This document shows, one piece after another, positions 44,201-56,574 of a DNA stretch of 64,000 nt; position 1 is the stretch's first letter; each line of letters opens with the position of its first letter. Both the position numbers and the translations under genes were made by a program. The notes beneath the pieces are model-generated. The model made no database searches. It saw only the letters and a program-made list of their open reading frames with translations, and was not told the origin of the DNA. The DNA is taken from positions 1,426,001-1,490,000 of the forward strand of contig JAPDFW010000059.1 of the NCBI GenBank assembly GCA_028826165.1. The letters run 5' to 3'. The DNA comes from Anaeramoeba ignava BMAN (Eukaryota > Protista > Anaeramoebae).

Positions 44201-45097
44201 TTAAAATTAAAATTAAAATTAAAATTAATATTAATATTAAAATTAAAATTAAAATTAAAATTTAAATTCGAATAAAAAATTAAAATTAAAATTTAAATTC
44301 GGATAAAAAATTAAAATTAAAATCAGAATTTAGTAATGGGAGTTGGACCATCAGGAAAACCATTAGGAAACATTGTTCAAGATATCAAAATGGCATTTGA
44401 TCAACAACCATTAACAGAAGAAAACCGACTTCGAATTTTACTTTTATACGCAGCAATCGAAGGAAAAAACACATCAGAATTTTTTGCATTAAAAGATGCA
44501 GCCAGAATAAGTGGTTCGCAAAGATCCATTATCACCAACTATGTAAGTTGGTTGAAAATTTCATCAGAAAAAATTGTTACTGAAGAAAAAAGAAAAATCA
44601 AGAAAAATAAGTCTTTTCATCCTCAAGAAACAACAGGAGAAGAAAAGTTCGAACTTTCACGTTATGAACCGCCACTTGTCAAAATTCTCGAACAAACTCT
44701 TACTTCTCAACTTGATTCAAATGCGTTTCCTTTTATTGATTCTTCAGATGAATTTGCTGAGTTGGGTCAAGATAACCAAAATTCTTTAAACAAAAACAAT
44801 AAAACTAAAACTTCATTGAGAAGTGAAAGAACTCGAATAAAACCAACTTTTGCCAATAAAAATAGAAAAGAACGTCAAAAAGCAGAAAAGGAAAAACAAG
44901 TTGATGATTCTGAAAAAGATCCTTTTGCAAATATTAAAATTCCTAGAATTATCCTCTTTTTTGTTGGTGGTTGTTCTTATTCAGAACTTAGAACTATTTA
45001 TGAAATTTCTAGTAAAAGAGATGTTGAAATTATTTTGGGAACAACTTCAATGATAAAACCATCAGCTTTTCTTTCTGATTTGAAAAAAAGCGATTAA
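41293..45097 (+). CDS. SEC1: Sec1/Munc18 (syntaxin-binding, SM family) protein
   Basis: KILSSVCTMTEIM, RRQPLPDIDAIYLLSP, Y..AHVFF, DRSYDPVSPLLHEFTYQAM, IPQYQE...YSLHL, LSRYEP, RIILFFVGGCSYSELR. Six exons with GT-AG introns filled by (AAAATT)n. Confidence 0.93.
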
Positions 45098-45109
45098 TTT
45101 GGATTTCTT

Positions 45110-45600
45110 TCAAAACATTTCAAAACATTTTTAAAACAATTTTTTTTAAAAAAACAAATTTAAAAACAAAAAAAATTTTAAAAAAATTTAAAAACAATTT
45201 AAAAACAATTTTAAAAACAATTTTTTAAAAAAAATTTTAAATTTTAAAAACAAATTTAAAAAAAAACAAATTTTAAAAACAAATTTAAAAAACAATTTAA
45301 AACAAATTTAAAAACAAATTTAAAAACAATTTTAAAAACAAATTTAAAACAAATTTCAAAACAATTTAAAAAACAATTTTAAAAACAATTTTAAAAACAA
45401 TTTTAAAACAAATTTAAAAAACAAATTTTAAAACAATTTAAAAACAAATTTAAAAACAATTTAAAAACAATTTTTTAAAACAAATTTTTAAAAAAAAAAG
45501 ATTTATTTAAAAACAAATTTTAAAACAATTTTAAAAAAATTTTAAAACAATTTAAAATTTTAAAACAATTTTAAAACAAATTTAAAACAATTTTAAAAAG
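45110..45600. repeat. (AAAAACAATTT)n degenerate minisatellite between convergent genes
   Basis: Directly visible. Confidence 0.85.
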
Positions 45601-45656
45601 GAAAAAGATTTATTTAAAAATAAAAGGAATTAAGGAAAAAAAAATTATTTTTTGAA

Positions 45657-46731
45657 TTATTTTTCAATTATTTCAACTTTAGCAATTTTATCTATATCAA
45701 GATGAAATTGGTCTTTTAAAACTCCAATCATTTCTGTTATTCTTTCTTGTTTTGTTTTAGTGGAAATTTCTTCTTTATTTTCTTTAGTAACATAATTATA
45801 AAGGTCAAGTTTTTTTAAAACTGATTCTTCAATATTTTCTGTTTCTTTCATTTGATTTGGATAAAAATTTGGGGATTGATTTGAATTATTATCAAAATTA
45901 TTAAAAGGATATATTTGTTGATTCATTTTTGGATATATTTGTTGATCCATTCCATAAATCATTTGTTGATCCATTCCATAAATCATTTGTTGATCCATTC
46001 CATAAATCATTTGTTGATCCATTCCTGAATTTCCATAATAATTTTCATCCAAATCATCTCTTTCTTGATATCTTGTTTCATGACCTATTCTTGGATGTCT
46101 TCTTGAATCTATATTAATGCTAAATTCTGGATTCATTTGATCATTTCCAAATCCAATTCCTTGTCTAGATATATTTCCACTGTTTGGATAATTTGGATGT
46201 GAATTCCTTGTTTTTTCTTTGGGATTTATTGTTTTTTGTTCTCTATTTACTTCATATAAATCACCATTTAATTCAATTATTTTTATTTTTGATTCCAATA
46301 ATTTTTGTTGAATTTCTGGATTAATTGGAACATTATTTATTTTCAATTTAATTAAATTTGGAATTGTAAAAACTTCATTTGGAAATGATTGAAAATTATT
46401 ATTGCAAAGATTTAATCCCTTTAATTGTTTCATTTTATTCATTGAAGGTAAACTTGCCAAATTATTTCCTGATAAATCAAGTGAAATTGCTTTTTTTTGT
46501 TTTTTTAAAATCTGTTTTCCAAATTCTTCATCATTTTGATTTGGTTGTTTTGTTATTTTTGTTATTTTTGTTGTTTTTTTTATTTTTGTTGGTGATTTTG
46601 GTTTTGGTTTTGTTGATTTTGTTGGTGATTTTGGTTTTGATTTTGTTGATTTTGTTGGTGATTTTGTTGTTTTGTTTTTTCCTGTTTTGAAGCGATTGAA
46701 TGCATTTAAATGCATTTCCAACGAGTTCCAT
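45657..46731 (-). CDS. Leucine-rich repeat protein with KSPTK and MDQQMIYG tandem repeats
   Basis: LRRs LDLSGNNLASLP, LNLCNNNFQSFP and LKINNVP. The start is either AAA-ATG at 46731 with a frameshift near 46687, or the in-frame MHLNAF just downstream. Confidence 0.7.
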
Positions 46732-47427
46732 TTTAAAAATAATTGAAAAAAAAAATGAAAAAAAAAAAAGGAAAAAAAAAAAGGAAAAATAAAAAGGAGA
46801 AAAAATAAAATCAAAATGGAGAAAAATTTTTGATGTTTTTGGATTAACTTTTATCTTTAACAAACAAAGTAAAAAAATCATTTTAATTTTGATTTTGATT
46901 TTGATTTTAGTTTTGATTTTAGTTTTAATTTTGATTTTGATTTTAGTTTTAAATTTGATTTTAGTTTTGATTTTAGTTTTAATTTTGATTTTGATTTTGA
47001 TTTTGATTTTGATTTTGATTTTGATTTTAGTTTTAATTTTAGTTTTAATTTTAGTTTTAAATTTAATTATAATTTTAAATTTAATTATAGTTTTAAATTT
47101 TATTTTTAATTTGATTTTGATTTTGATTTTAAATTTTAAATTTAATTATAGTTTTAAATTTTATTTTTAATTTTATTTTAAATTTTAAATTGGTAATTGT
47201 AATTGTAAAATTTTTCTTTAAAAAAAATTCTTGAGAAATCTGTTTTGTTGATCAAATATGAAAATATAAAATTCAAGAAGAAAAAAAAAACTTGAAGATA
47301 AAAGTCAAAAACCAAAAAAAGCATAAGCAAAAGAGCTGTGAGTCAAAGTCCAAGAAAGAAATGTGAAAAAGAAAAGAAAAGAAAAGAAAAGAAAAGAAAA
47401 GAAGATATGATAAGATAGATATCAAAG

Positions 47428-47751
47428 TCAAGATCCGTGAATTTTCAAGTTGTCTTTAGTGCAAATTTCCTCATCAAGTAAGAATTTAGCAACAGCTTGA
47501 CGTTGGTCACCAGTAAGTTGTAAAATAAGACCCAAGTCTTCATTATCAATTACAGTTCCTGTACAATGAAGTTGCTTTCTTAGAGCTCCTAGAATTTTTT
47601 TAAGGTCTAATTGTTGTGAAAGTCCTTCAACTGTTGTAATCCATTTGTTTCTTGTTCGTTGAACTACTCTTATATGTACATTTTGTTGTTTTGTTTCTCC
47701 TGTTGTATTCGCAAAAGGATCGATTGCTGATAAATTTGAGATGTTACTCAT
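47428..47751 (-). CDS. SUI1: Translation initiation factor eIF1 (SUI1)
   Basis: DPFA, VHIRVVQRTRNKWITTVEGL, CTGTVI, ILQLTGDQR, LKIHG; intronless, 107 aa. Confidence 0.96.
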   Translation of the reverse strand: MSNISNLSAIDPFANTTGETKQQNVHIRVVQRTRNKWITTVEGLSQQLDLKKILGALRKQLHCTGTVIDNEDLGLILQLTGDQRQAVAKFLLDEEICTKDNLKIHGS

Positions 47752-47999
47752 CCACTAACTGTTTTGATTATTGATTGAGAAAGTTGCAAAAAAAAAATGA
47801 TTTTTATTTTTTATTTTTTATTTTTTTTTTTTTTTTTTTTTATTTTTATTTTTGGGGGCATTATTTATTTTTTAAATAATTAAATAAAAGGAGAAAATTT
47901 AATTTATTTTTTCTTCTTTTTTTCTCATTAATTTTTATTTTTAATTTTTTTTTTAATTCCAATTTTATTTATTAATTCATTTTTTTTATAATTAATTTT

Positions 48000-49170
48000 T
48001 TCCATTTTTATTTATTAATTAATTAATTCATTTTTATTAATTTAAATTAATTCCACTTTTTATTTATTAATTAATTCCATTTTTTATTTATTAATTAATT
48101 CCATTTTTTATTTATTAATTAATTCCATTTTTTATTTATTAATTAATTCCATTTTTTATTTATTAATTAATTCCATTTTTTATTTATTAATTAATTCCAT
48201 TTTTTATTTATTAATTAATTCCATTTTTATTTATTAATTAATTCCATTTTTATTAATTAATTCCATTTTTATTTTTAATTCCATTTTTTATTTATTAATT
48301 AATTCCATTTTTTATTTATTAATTAATTCCATTTTTTATTTATTAATTAATTCCATTTTTTATTTATTAATTAATTCCATTTTTTATTAATTAATTCCAT
48401 TTTTATTTATTAATTCCATTTTTATTTTTAATTTTATTTTTATTTATTAATTAATTCCATTTTTCACTTTTTTTATTTTATTTTAATTAATTAATTCCAT
48501 TTTTATTTATCCATTAATTTCCATTTTTATTTATTAATTAATTCCATTTTTATTTATTTTAATTAATTTAATTCCATTTTTATTTATTAATTAATTCCAT
48601 TTTTATTTATTAATTAATTTAATTAATTCCATTTTTATTTATTAATTAATTCCATTTTTATTTATTAATTAATTCCATTTTTATTTATTAATTTAATTTT
48701 TATTTATTTAATTCCATTTTTATTTATTAATTAATTCCATTTTTATTTATTAATTAATTCCATTTTTATTTATTAATTAATTCCATTTTTATTTATTAAT
48801 TAATTCATTTTTTTTATTAATTAATTTTAATTTATTTTTATTTTTATTAATTAATTCCATTTTTTATTTATTAATTAATTCCATTTTTATTTATTAATTA
48901 ATTCCATTTTTATTTATTAATTAATTCCATTTTTATTTTAATTATTCCATTAATTAATTCATTTTTATTTATTTTATTAATTAATTTCATTTTTTATTTA
49001 TTAATTAATTCCATTTTTTATTTATTAATTAATTCCATTTTTTATTTATTAATTAATTCCATTTTTTATTTATTAATTAATTATTTTTATTTTTAATTAA
49101 TTTCATTTTTTATTTATTAATTAATTCCATTTTTATTTATTAATTAATTCCATTTTTATTTATTAAATAA
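48000..49170. repeat. ~23-24-bp minisatellite (TTCCATTTTTTATTTATTAATTAA)n in a divergent promoter spacer
   Basis: Directly visible, dozens of copies. Confidence 0.93.
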
Positions 49171-49372
49171 AGTTTTTATTTATTAATTAATGAATTTATT
49201 TTAGTTTTAATTATAAAAATTTCAAATTAAAGGAAAATATTTTTATTTTTATTTTTAAATTAAATTAACGGAAAATATTTTTTTTGTTTTTATTTTTTAA
49301 ATTAAAAAAAAACGTTAAAATTTTTTTTTCATTTTTTTCTTTTTCATTTTTTTCCTTAATTTTGTTGATAAA

Positions 49373-50140
49373 ATGCAAAGAAATCAATTCCAAAATCGAT
49401 TATTATCAGAACAACAACAACAACAACAAGAACAAGAACAAGAAATAGAAGTAGAAGAAGAACAAGGAGAATATTCAAATATAATTTCTTATGCATTATT
49501 TTTTATTGGATATTCTGTAACAATTTATTCAGGATATAAATTCTACAAATTTTTAGGCATTTCAAATGATATACTCAACATCTCAAAAACTTGCAAAAGA
49601 GAAATACGAACAACTTATAAAATCTTCCTTGATATTATCATTCTCTCATTATCTACAGCCTTATTATACTCAATTAGAACCAAACTTGCAATAAGCAACA
49701 AATTCAAATCAATTGTCTTTAAATTCTTTTCTTCGGTTTGCATTCTTTTGGGCATCTATTTATGGTCATGCACACCAGAAATTATTATTTGGCAATTCCA
49801 AAACTCGGCTACTTTAAGATTCATCTTTAATTTCGGTTTCTTTTTCTTCATTTTTCAACTTATTCTTATCAAAGGCTTCTTCCATTTTTTTACACTTGGA
49901 TTCCATCGTCCTGAATCTCGTTTCCCTTTTCTTTCCTTACTCGCAATTCTTTCTGCTACTCCAGTTCTTACACTAGATAGACTATTGCTTATCGTGTTTT
50001 TTATTGCGGTTCTTTTGGTCTCTCAACCAGAACCTGAATCTTTTGCAGAAGAATGGGATCGAGCCATTTATTCAATTAAAGAATTTTGGCATTTTACAAA
50101 TCCTCAATCAATTTCTCACGATTTCCGTGAAAATTACTGA
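49373..50140 (+). CDS. Multi-pass membrane protein, nurim-like
   Basis: 255-aa ORF with about 5-6 hydrophobic segments. The motifs YLWSCTP..IIWQ and TPVLTLDRLLL resemble nurim (PTL..DRLLL). Confidence 0.6.
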   Translation: MQRNQFQNRLLSEQQQQQQEQEQEIEVEEEQGEYSNIISYALFFIGYSVTIYSGYKFYKFLGISNDILNISKTCKREIRTTYKIFLDIIILSLSTALLYSIRTKLAISNKFKSIVFKFFSSVCILLGIYLWSCTPEIIIWQFQNSATLRFIFNFGFFFFIFQLILIKGFFHFFTLGFHRPESRFPFLSLLAILSATPVLTLDRLLLIVFFIAVLLVSQPEPESFAEEWDRAIYSIKEFWHFTNPQSISHDFRENY

Positions 50141-50330
50141 AAGTTGTTTTGAATTTTTTCATTTTTTTCATTTTTTCAAAATTTTTTTTCACTTTCATAT
50201 TTTCATATTTTCATTTTGAAATTTTTTTTACTTTAAAAAAATTTAATCTCAAAAATAACAAAAAATTTGCTTTTGAAAAATTCCACTTTTTTCTTTTCCA
50301 ATTTTTGTTTTTTGTTTTTGAAAAAGAAAT

Positions 50331-51277
50331 TTAATTACAATTTTCAATCATTTTTTGAATAATTTTTTTTGTTAAAAAACCTTTTGATTGAATTAAATTT
50401 TTTTTTTGATTTTGATTTTGAATTTTGATTTTCAATCATTTTTGAATAATTTTTTTTGTTAAAAAACCTTTTTTTTGATTTAATTTTTTTTGATTTTGAT
50501 TTTGATTTGAATTTTGATTTTGATTTTGATTTTGATTTTGATTTTGATTTTGATTTTGATTTTGATTTTGATTTTGATTTTGATTTTTTTGATTTTGATT
50601 TTGATTTTGATTTTGATTTTGATTTTGATTTTGATTTTGATTTTGATTTTGATTTTGATTTTGATTATTTTTTTCTTTTTTTTTTTTTTTAAAATTAAAT
50701 TTATAATTAATTCAAAAATAATTAATTAAATTTAAATAAAAACTTACTTATCATAAATTCAATTTCTTCTTCATTAAAATTTTCATTTATTTGTTTGGAA
50801 AATTTATAAAGAATTTTTGTTGAAATTTTCTTTTCTTCTTTTAAATTTAATTCTTGAAAAATTTTTTCAATTTGTTTTTGATTTAATTTAGAATTCATTT
50901 TTTGCCAAATTAAAGAAATAAATTGATCTTGAGAAATTTCTTTTTGAATTTTTGGATCAAAATTTTGAACATTTTTTTGAATTTCATCAAAAGAAGAACT
51001 AAAAATAAAAAATGAAAATAAAAATGAAAATAAAAATTTCTTTTTTGTTTTAAATTTACTTTAAAAATAAAACTCTAAAAATCACTCTTAAATCTTTAAA
51101 AGTAATTTTTCCTTTTGATTCTGAATCTAAAATTAAAAAAGCTTCTTTAAGATCTTGTTTAATTTTTTCTGGAATTTGGATTAAATTTTTTTTTTGATTT
51201 TGATTTTGATTTTGATTTAAATTTTGATTTTGATTTTGATTTTGATTTTGATTTTGATTTTGAGAAAAAGAAAACAT
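50331..51277 (-). CDS. Divergent centrin/calmodulin-like EF-hand protein; last exon garbled
   Basis: KQDLKEAFLILDSESKGKITFKDLRV and ENFNEEEIEFMI. Exons 51277-51060 and 50998-50748. A KGFLTKKNYSKMIEN-like terminal segment appears twice (about 50341-50385 and 50429-50470). Confidence 0.6.
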
Positions 51278-51459
51278 TTTTTTTTTGATTTGTTATTTTG
51301 TTTTTTTTAACAAAGAAAAAAAATGATCCAAAAAAAAAACAAAACAAAATAAAATCTATTGAAATTTTTATTTTTTTTCTTTTGACTTTAACGTTGAAAA
51401 AAAAAATTTTTTTTTAAGATCAATTTAGAAAGAAAAAATGAATTCATTTTTTTTCTTGA

Positions 51460-53470
51460 TCACAAACCAATCCAAGTTGATCTTCCATTAGGATTATGAA
51501 TAGGAAGTGAAACAGGAGAAGAAACAGTCCATTCATACCAAATACGATTAGAAGAGCCAACTCTCCAAAAATCAGTGGAAATAAAAGAAGAATTCTTAAT
51601 TGGAGTTTTCAAAGGAAAGAAAATAGGAAACCAAGAAAACATACCAATTGTTTTATCACTTGGATTTGTAGATAAAGTGACATTTCCATAAAGAAAAGCT
51701 TTAAAATATCCAGCAAATCCATGTAAGTCAAAACCAGGTTTTAAATCAAAAGTAAGTGATTTATATTTCCAATTATGTTTATTATCTTCTCGAATTTTTG
51801 ATTTTGGAATTGGATGAATAAATTCAAAGCATTCTTGAGGGGTTGAAAGTTCGATATATCGTGATAATTTTACGACATATGGTGTTTCGAATGATTTAGT
51901 TGTGCTTTTGTTATTTATTTGACTCCATAATGTTGTTGAAGAAATTGGAACAAGATATGATGTGTATTTGCATGGGATTGAGATTCCATTTTCTGTGAGA
52001 AGGTTTTGAGCTCCATCAAGACTATAATAATTTTTAAATAATTTTTCATTAATTTAAATAATTTAAATATTTTAAAATTCATCGATTTTAATAATTTTTG
52101 ATTTACCATTCCGGTGAAAGCTCATTATCTCCAAATGACCCAAGTAATTCACTAACAATAATATCAGCCTTCTCTGGTGGATTCCATTTCCTCATATCAG
52201 TGTGAATAACTTTAACACTTTGCTCTCCTTTCCATTTCCGATTTTGAAGAGTTATCACAGCTTGTGGATTTTTCTCAATAGCATAAATAGAAGTCTTACA
52301 ACTTGCTCTTTGAGAAGCATTAATAGCATTCTGAACAAGTGGACCTCTTCCAGCACCTACAACCATAATCACAAAAACTTTATCAACTTGAGACTTAAAA
52401 TCAAGTAAAGCTTGATAGATAGCTTCTTCATACTGTGAATATTTAGTTGTGTCTTCCTCAAAAACTTCATAAATTTCACTCTCAAGATTGTCCATTAGAG
52501 GTTGAAGCGGAAGTTGCAAATCATTACTATATTCAAGATCGATTTTTTCATCCCGAGAAAGTGTTGGCAACTTTGTTGTCAAATATTGCAGATAATGAAA
52601 TCGATTTAAAGCCTCTTCTTCAATCAGCTTCTTATCGAGATTCCTAACATCGTTATTGCCAATCTTGATAATCAAATGAGTGTTATGAACCATAAACTTG
52701 AGAACTATCTCTTCAAGCTCTTTTTTCAAAAAAGGTTTTGATTTTTTGTTTTTGCTGAAAATCCCAAACGGAAGGACTAAATATTTAACTGGCTCAATCA
52801 TCCACTTTTCAATAAAAGATTCTGAAACTCTCGATCCAGTTAATTCCAATGCAACACTTAAATGAGGATTGCTATTACAGGCATCTCGAATTAAACACCA
52901 AGTCGAGTATGCTCTGTTTTCGTCTGTTTTTGTTTCATTTCCTAAGTTCTCAACAAGCGGTATTTGTATTGAACAATCACAATTTATTTTGGTAATTGAA
53001 TTAGATATCATCCTTGCATAATTCATATTAATAACCCTCCATTCATCTCCCACAAAAATTGGGGTTGGAAGAAGAATATAATAAATCCCCAAATATTTTG
53101 CCCAATTCATTTCGTTCTGGAATATTATTTCTTGTTCAAAAAGTAAGTTGTCGAATATCTCTTGGTTTTTCTCTATATTTTTCTCTTTTGTTTCTCGCTG
53201 GAATTTATCTAGAAAAGGTGATATTTCTCCTGTAACTTGAGAAACCCATTTTGTGGTTTTCAATAACAAACCTGATCGTGAAATTGGTCCATTTATAGCA
53301 AGAGGTGAGCAAATGAATAAAAATTTTCGATCTCCAACCTTGAGTGAAAGTTCTTCTGATAAATTCTCAAATGGTGAATTAATTCCAATCGGATATAATT
53401 CTTGGTTTGAATGGTAATTTGAATTTGAGTAAAATTCATCATCTCTTTCATTATTATTTTCAATTTCCAT
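51460..53470 (-). CDS. PRMT5: Protein arginine N-methyltransferase 5
   Basis: [60 protein letters not shown] (across intron 52106-52022), GMFSWFPIFFP, IHNPNGRS. Confidence 0.96.
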
Positions 53471-53676
53471 TTTTATTTTGTTTAAATTATTAATTAAGAA
53501 GAAGGAAAAAAATGAAAAAAAAATAATTTTTTTTTATTTAGGTTTTGATTTTCTTTATTCAAATTTTTTTTATAATTATATATCTAAATGTAAGAAAATT
53601 GTGTGTTTTTTTTTTAAATAGTATTATTATTATTATTATTATTTTTTAAAAAACAAAAAACAAATTTATTTAAAAA

Positions 53677-56352
53677 TTATCGTTCAATTTCATCAATTTG
53701 TAATGATTTTGCTTGAGAAATTAAACGAAGAATTTTTGGATGAGCTATACTATTTTTGATTTTTTCAGTTTTTGTATTGATCATTTCATCTAAACATTTG
53801 GATCCAAACCTGAAAAAAATCCGGAAAATGGAATTGTAAAAAGTTTGTTTAAATAACATTGATTCAACAAAGGGAAGTTTTCGATTATCTAAAAAAAATT
53901 TGAGTCGGTTTGCTAAAATGAAAACTTCTTTAGCAGTGCCTCTTTTTGAGTTGAGAATAATTAATTTACGAAAAATATGGATATTTTGATCACTTATTTT
54001 ACTCCCTGTGACTCTAATTCCATGTGAGTAAGCCTTTTTCGCAAATGTATAATTTTTCAAACGGAATGTGAAATCTCCAATTATCTCATAATATTCTGCA
54101 GAGTACTCATTCACTTCTATTTGTGTTTCTGGATTAAATTTTTTGATTTTTTGCAAATGAAACTGGAATTTTTTCAGATCTTTATTCAGAAATTTGATCA
54201 TATCCTCAAACCATAATTGGCATTCTAGTTTGAGATAATTTGGAATAATCAATGATGTTGGTGCATTTTTGATTTTTGAGTAATTTGTGGTTGATTGATT
54301 TTGCTTAATTTGATTCTTTTCTTTATCTGATGAAAAATCAGCAAAATCATCCGATAAGAAATTATTCAAATCAAAATAGCACATTTTGAGTTTATTATAA
54401 TCATCTCCATCTTCATCTTCAGTTTCAGTTGTTCCATTACTCAACAAATTTTCTTTATTGCTATTTTCTGAGAGATTTTGTATGAAATTTTCGTTAGTTT
54501 TTTCAATATCAATATCAATATCAATATCAATATCAATTTCAATTTCAATTTGGTTCTGTTTTGCATCTTCAATTTGGTTTTTGTGGTAATCAAACAAATT
54601 TGTTTTGTTATTCTGACTTTTCGTTTCAAATTCCAAATTATTTTTTTCATTAATTTTATAACTTCTATTTTTTCGATTAGAAAAATTGCGGTTATAATCA
54701 TCAAAATTATATTCAACATATTCGCCAAAAGTTTGATTTGGTTGAGGATTTGATGAGCGAATATTGTTGAGGAAAACTTGCGATTTAAAATCCATAATTT
54801 TCTGCCATTCAAAGGAATTAGATAAATCAACCAATATAGAATAAATTTTCTTTTCCAAATGGTTTTTAATTGAAGTTCCTGGGAATTTTTCAGAGAAAAT
54901 TGTGGATTGGTGGTTCTTTATGGATTTTTTGTTTTGGGAAGTATTCAAGTATTCCGTGTTGATCTTGTATTTTTTTTTATTCGGAAAAACAATTTTGGTT
55001 GGGAATGGAAAATAATTTTGTGTATGAAGAATTTTATTCGAAGACAAATTGTTGTTTTGCTCGAAAGGAATGGAATTAAGAGCAGTAAAAACACCGTGAT
55101 AGTTTTTCATTCTCATTTCTATTTTTGCAAGAATAAGAAAAGCGTCTGGAAAATAAGGCGCAACAGAAACGAGTTTTTTAGTCAAATTTAAAGCCTTTTG
55201 GAAAAAGCCATTTTTGGCCAATAACTTTGAGTATTGAATTATCAACGGGATTGAATTTTTGTTTTTTTTAAACGCATTGCGAATAATTGATAACGCTCTT
55301 TTTTTGTGTCCCAATTTTAAATGTGCTTTACTTAATGGAATTGAGATTTCCGGTTCTTGATCGAGAAATTGTGAGAAAAATTTAATTGCTGTTTTGAAGC
55401 GGAAAGTCTGAAAAAAATAGTTTTTGAGCGCTTTTATAAGCAAATTGTCTCCGTTTGTTGCCATCAGTCTTGGATGAGAACATCCCACATTCTTCCCCTT
55501 AAAAAACATCTTTGAAAATATTTCTATTTTTTTCTGTTCGCTTTTTGTGTCCTCGATATCCTTCACAATTTTAATAACTGGAAAATATTTGTAAATATTG
55601 ATTTTGCGAATTTCCGAGAATCTAAGTAAAGATGATAAATAAAGTTCTTCCCAAATTTCTGACTGTATTTTTTCCATATCGATATTTTGCGTGATTTTTT
55701 CACTCACATTTTTTTTGGGTGAGTTTTCAATGATATTTGTGATCAAAATCTTGATTTCATCCTCGAAATTAATTTCGATAAATTTATCCTCTTCATTGCC
55801 ACTTGGATAAATGTTTTGATTGGCATTATTATTATTACTATTATTATTATTATTGATATTATTTTCCAAAAAAGAATTTTTGGATATATTTTCTATTTCG
55901 CGATTTTTTGATGATATTCTTAAAGCAATTTGACTTGATAAATCTTCAAAACTAAGTTTATTTCCTTTTGAATCAAGGAAATAACAATGAAATTTTCCCG
56001 GAAGAAGAAAATGAACATGAAAATCAATTCTTGAAAAAGCATTATAAACACAATAAGTTCCCGATAAAACAGACCAAGATTTATGGAAAATTTTTGATTT
56101 TTCTTGAGAATTAATAAGTCTTCCAAAATAACTTGCAATACTTGCAAGATTTGAAGTATCAACTCCAATAACTTGATGATAAAACCCCACAATTTTTCGT
56201 GATTTTTTTGAAATTGTTGATTTTATTATGTGACATAAATCAGGTGGTCCAAATCCGCCTTTAATTTCTTTTATTTCCTTTTGTCGATATTTAAAACATT
56301 CTCCTAAAGTTGTTTCTATTATTTCTTGTGTGAATGATAATGTTTCTGACAT
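53677..56352 (-). CDS. ChAPs family (Chs6/Bch1/Bud7-like) exomer cargo adaptor, TPR-containing
   Basis: GPPDLCH, GFYHQVIGVDTS..ASIASY, GTYCVYNAFSRID, WEELYLS..LR, ALNSIP, LEC..WF; intronless, 891 aa. Confidence 0.85.
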   Translation of the reverse strand: MSETLSFTQEIIETTLGECFKYRQKEIKEIKGGFGPPDLCHIIKSTISKKSRKIVGFYHQVIGVDTSNLASIASYFGRLINSQEKSKIFHKSWSVLSGTYCVYNAFSRIDFHVHFLLPGKFHCYFLDSKGNKLSFEDLSSQIALRISSKNREIENISKNSFLENNINNNNNSNNNNANQNIYPSGNEEDKFIEINFEDEIKILITNIIENSPKKNVSEKITQNIDMEKIQSEIWEELYLSSLLRFSEIRKINIYKYFPVIKIVKDIEDTKSEQKKIEIFSKMFFKGKNVGCSHPRLMATNGDNLLIKALKNYFFQTFRFKTAIKFFSQFLDQEPEISIPLSKAHLKLGHKKRALSIIRNAFKKNKNSIPLIIQYSKLLAKNGFFQKALNLTKKLVSVAPYFPDAFLILAKIEMRMKNYHGVFTALNSIPFEQNNNLSSNKILHTQNYFPFPTKIVFPNKKKYKINTEYLNTSQNKKSIKNHQSTIFSEKFPGTSIKNHLEKKIYSILVDLSNSFEWQKIMDFKSQVFLNNIRSSNPQPNQTFGEYVEYNFDDYNRNFSNRKNRSYKINEKNNLEFETKSQNNKTNLFDYHKNQIEDAKQNQIEIEIDIDIDIDIDIEKTNENFIQNLSENSNKENLLSNGTTETEDEDGDDYNKLKMCYFDLNNFLSDDFADFSSDKEKNQIKQNQSTTNYSKIKNAPTSLIIPNYLKLECQLWFEDMIKFLNKDLKKFQFHLQKIKKFNPETQIEVNEYSAEYYEIIGDFTFRLKNYTFAKKAYSHGIRVTGSKISDQNIHIFRKLIILNSKRGTAKEVFILANRLKFFLDNRKLPFVESMLFKQTFYNSIFRIFFRFGSKCLDEMINTKTEKIKNSIAHPKILRLISQAKSLQIDEIER

Positions 56353-56574
56353 TAAATATATATTATATATTTTTTGAAGAAATGAAAAAAAGAAAAATGA
56401 AAAATGAAAAAAAAATTAATTAAAAAAATGATTTTATCTTAATGTTAAACAATTTTTTTACTTTTTTGCTTTTTGACACCTGGATCTTAAATTGTTTTAG
56501 ATTTGTTTTTGAAATCAAAAAAGAAAATTTTTATTATTATTTTTTTTCCAATTCAAATAATTTTTAAAAAAGAA

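Noticed and set aside
39240-46700. Frameshifts near 39252, 40950 and 46687 as pseudogenisation or programmed frameshifting
   Set aside because: All lie in homopolymer runs within otherwise intact genes and have no adjacent stop; they are best explained as long-read consensus errors.
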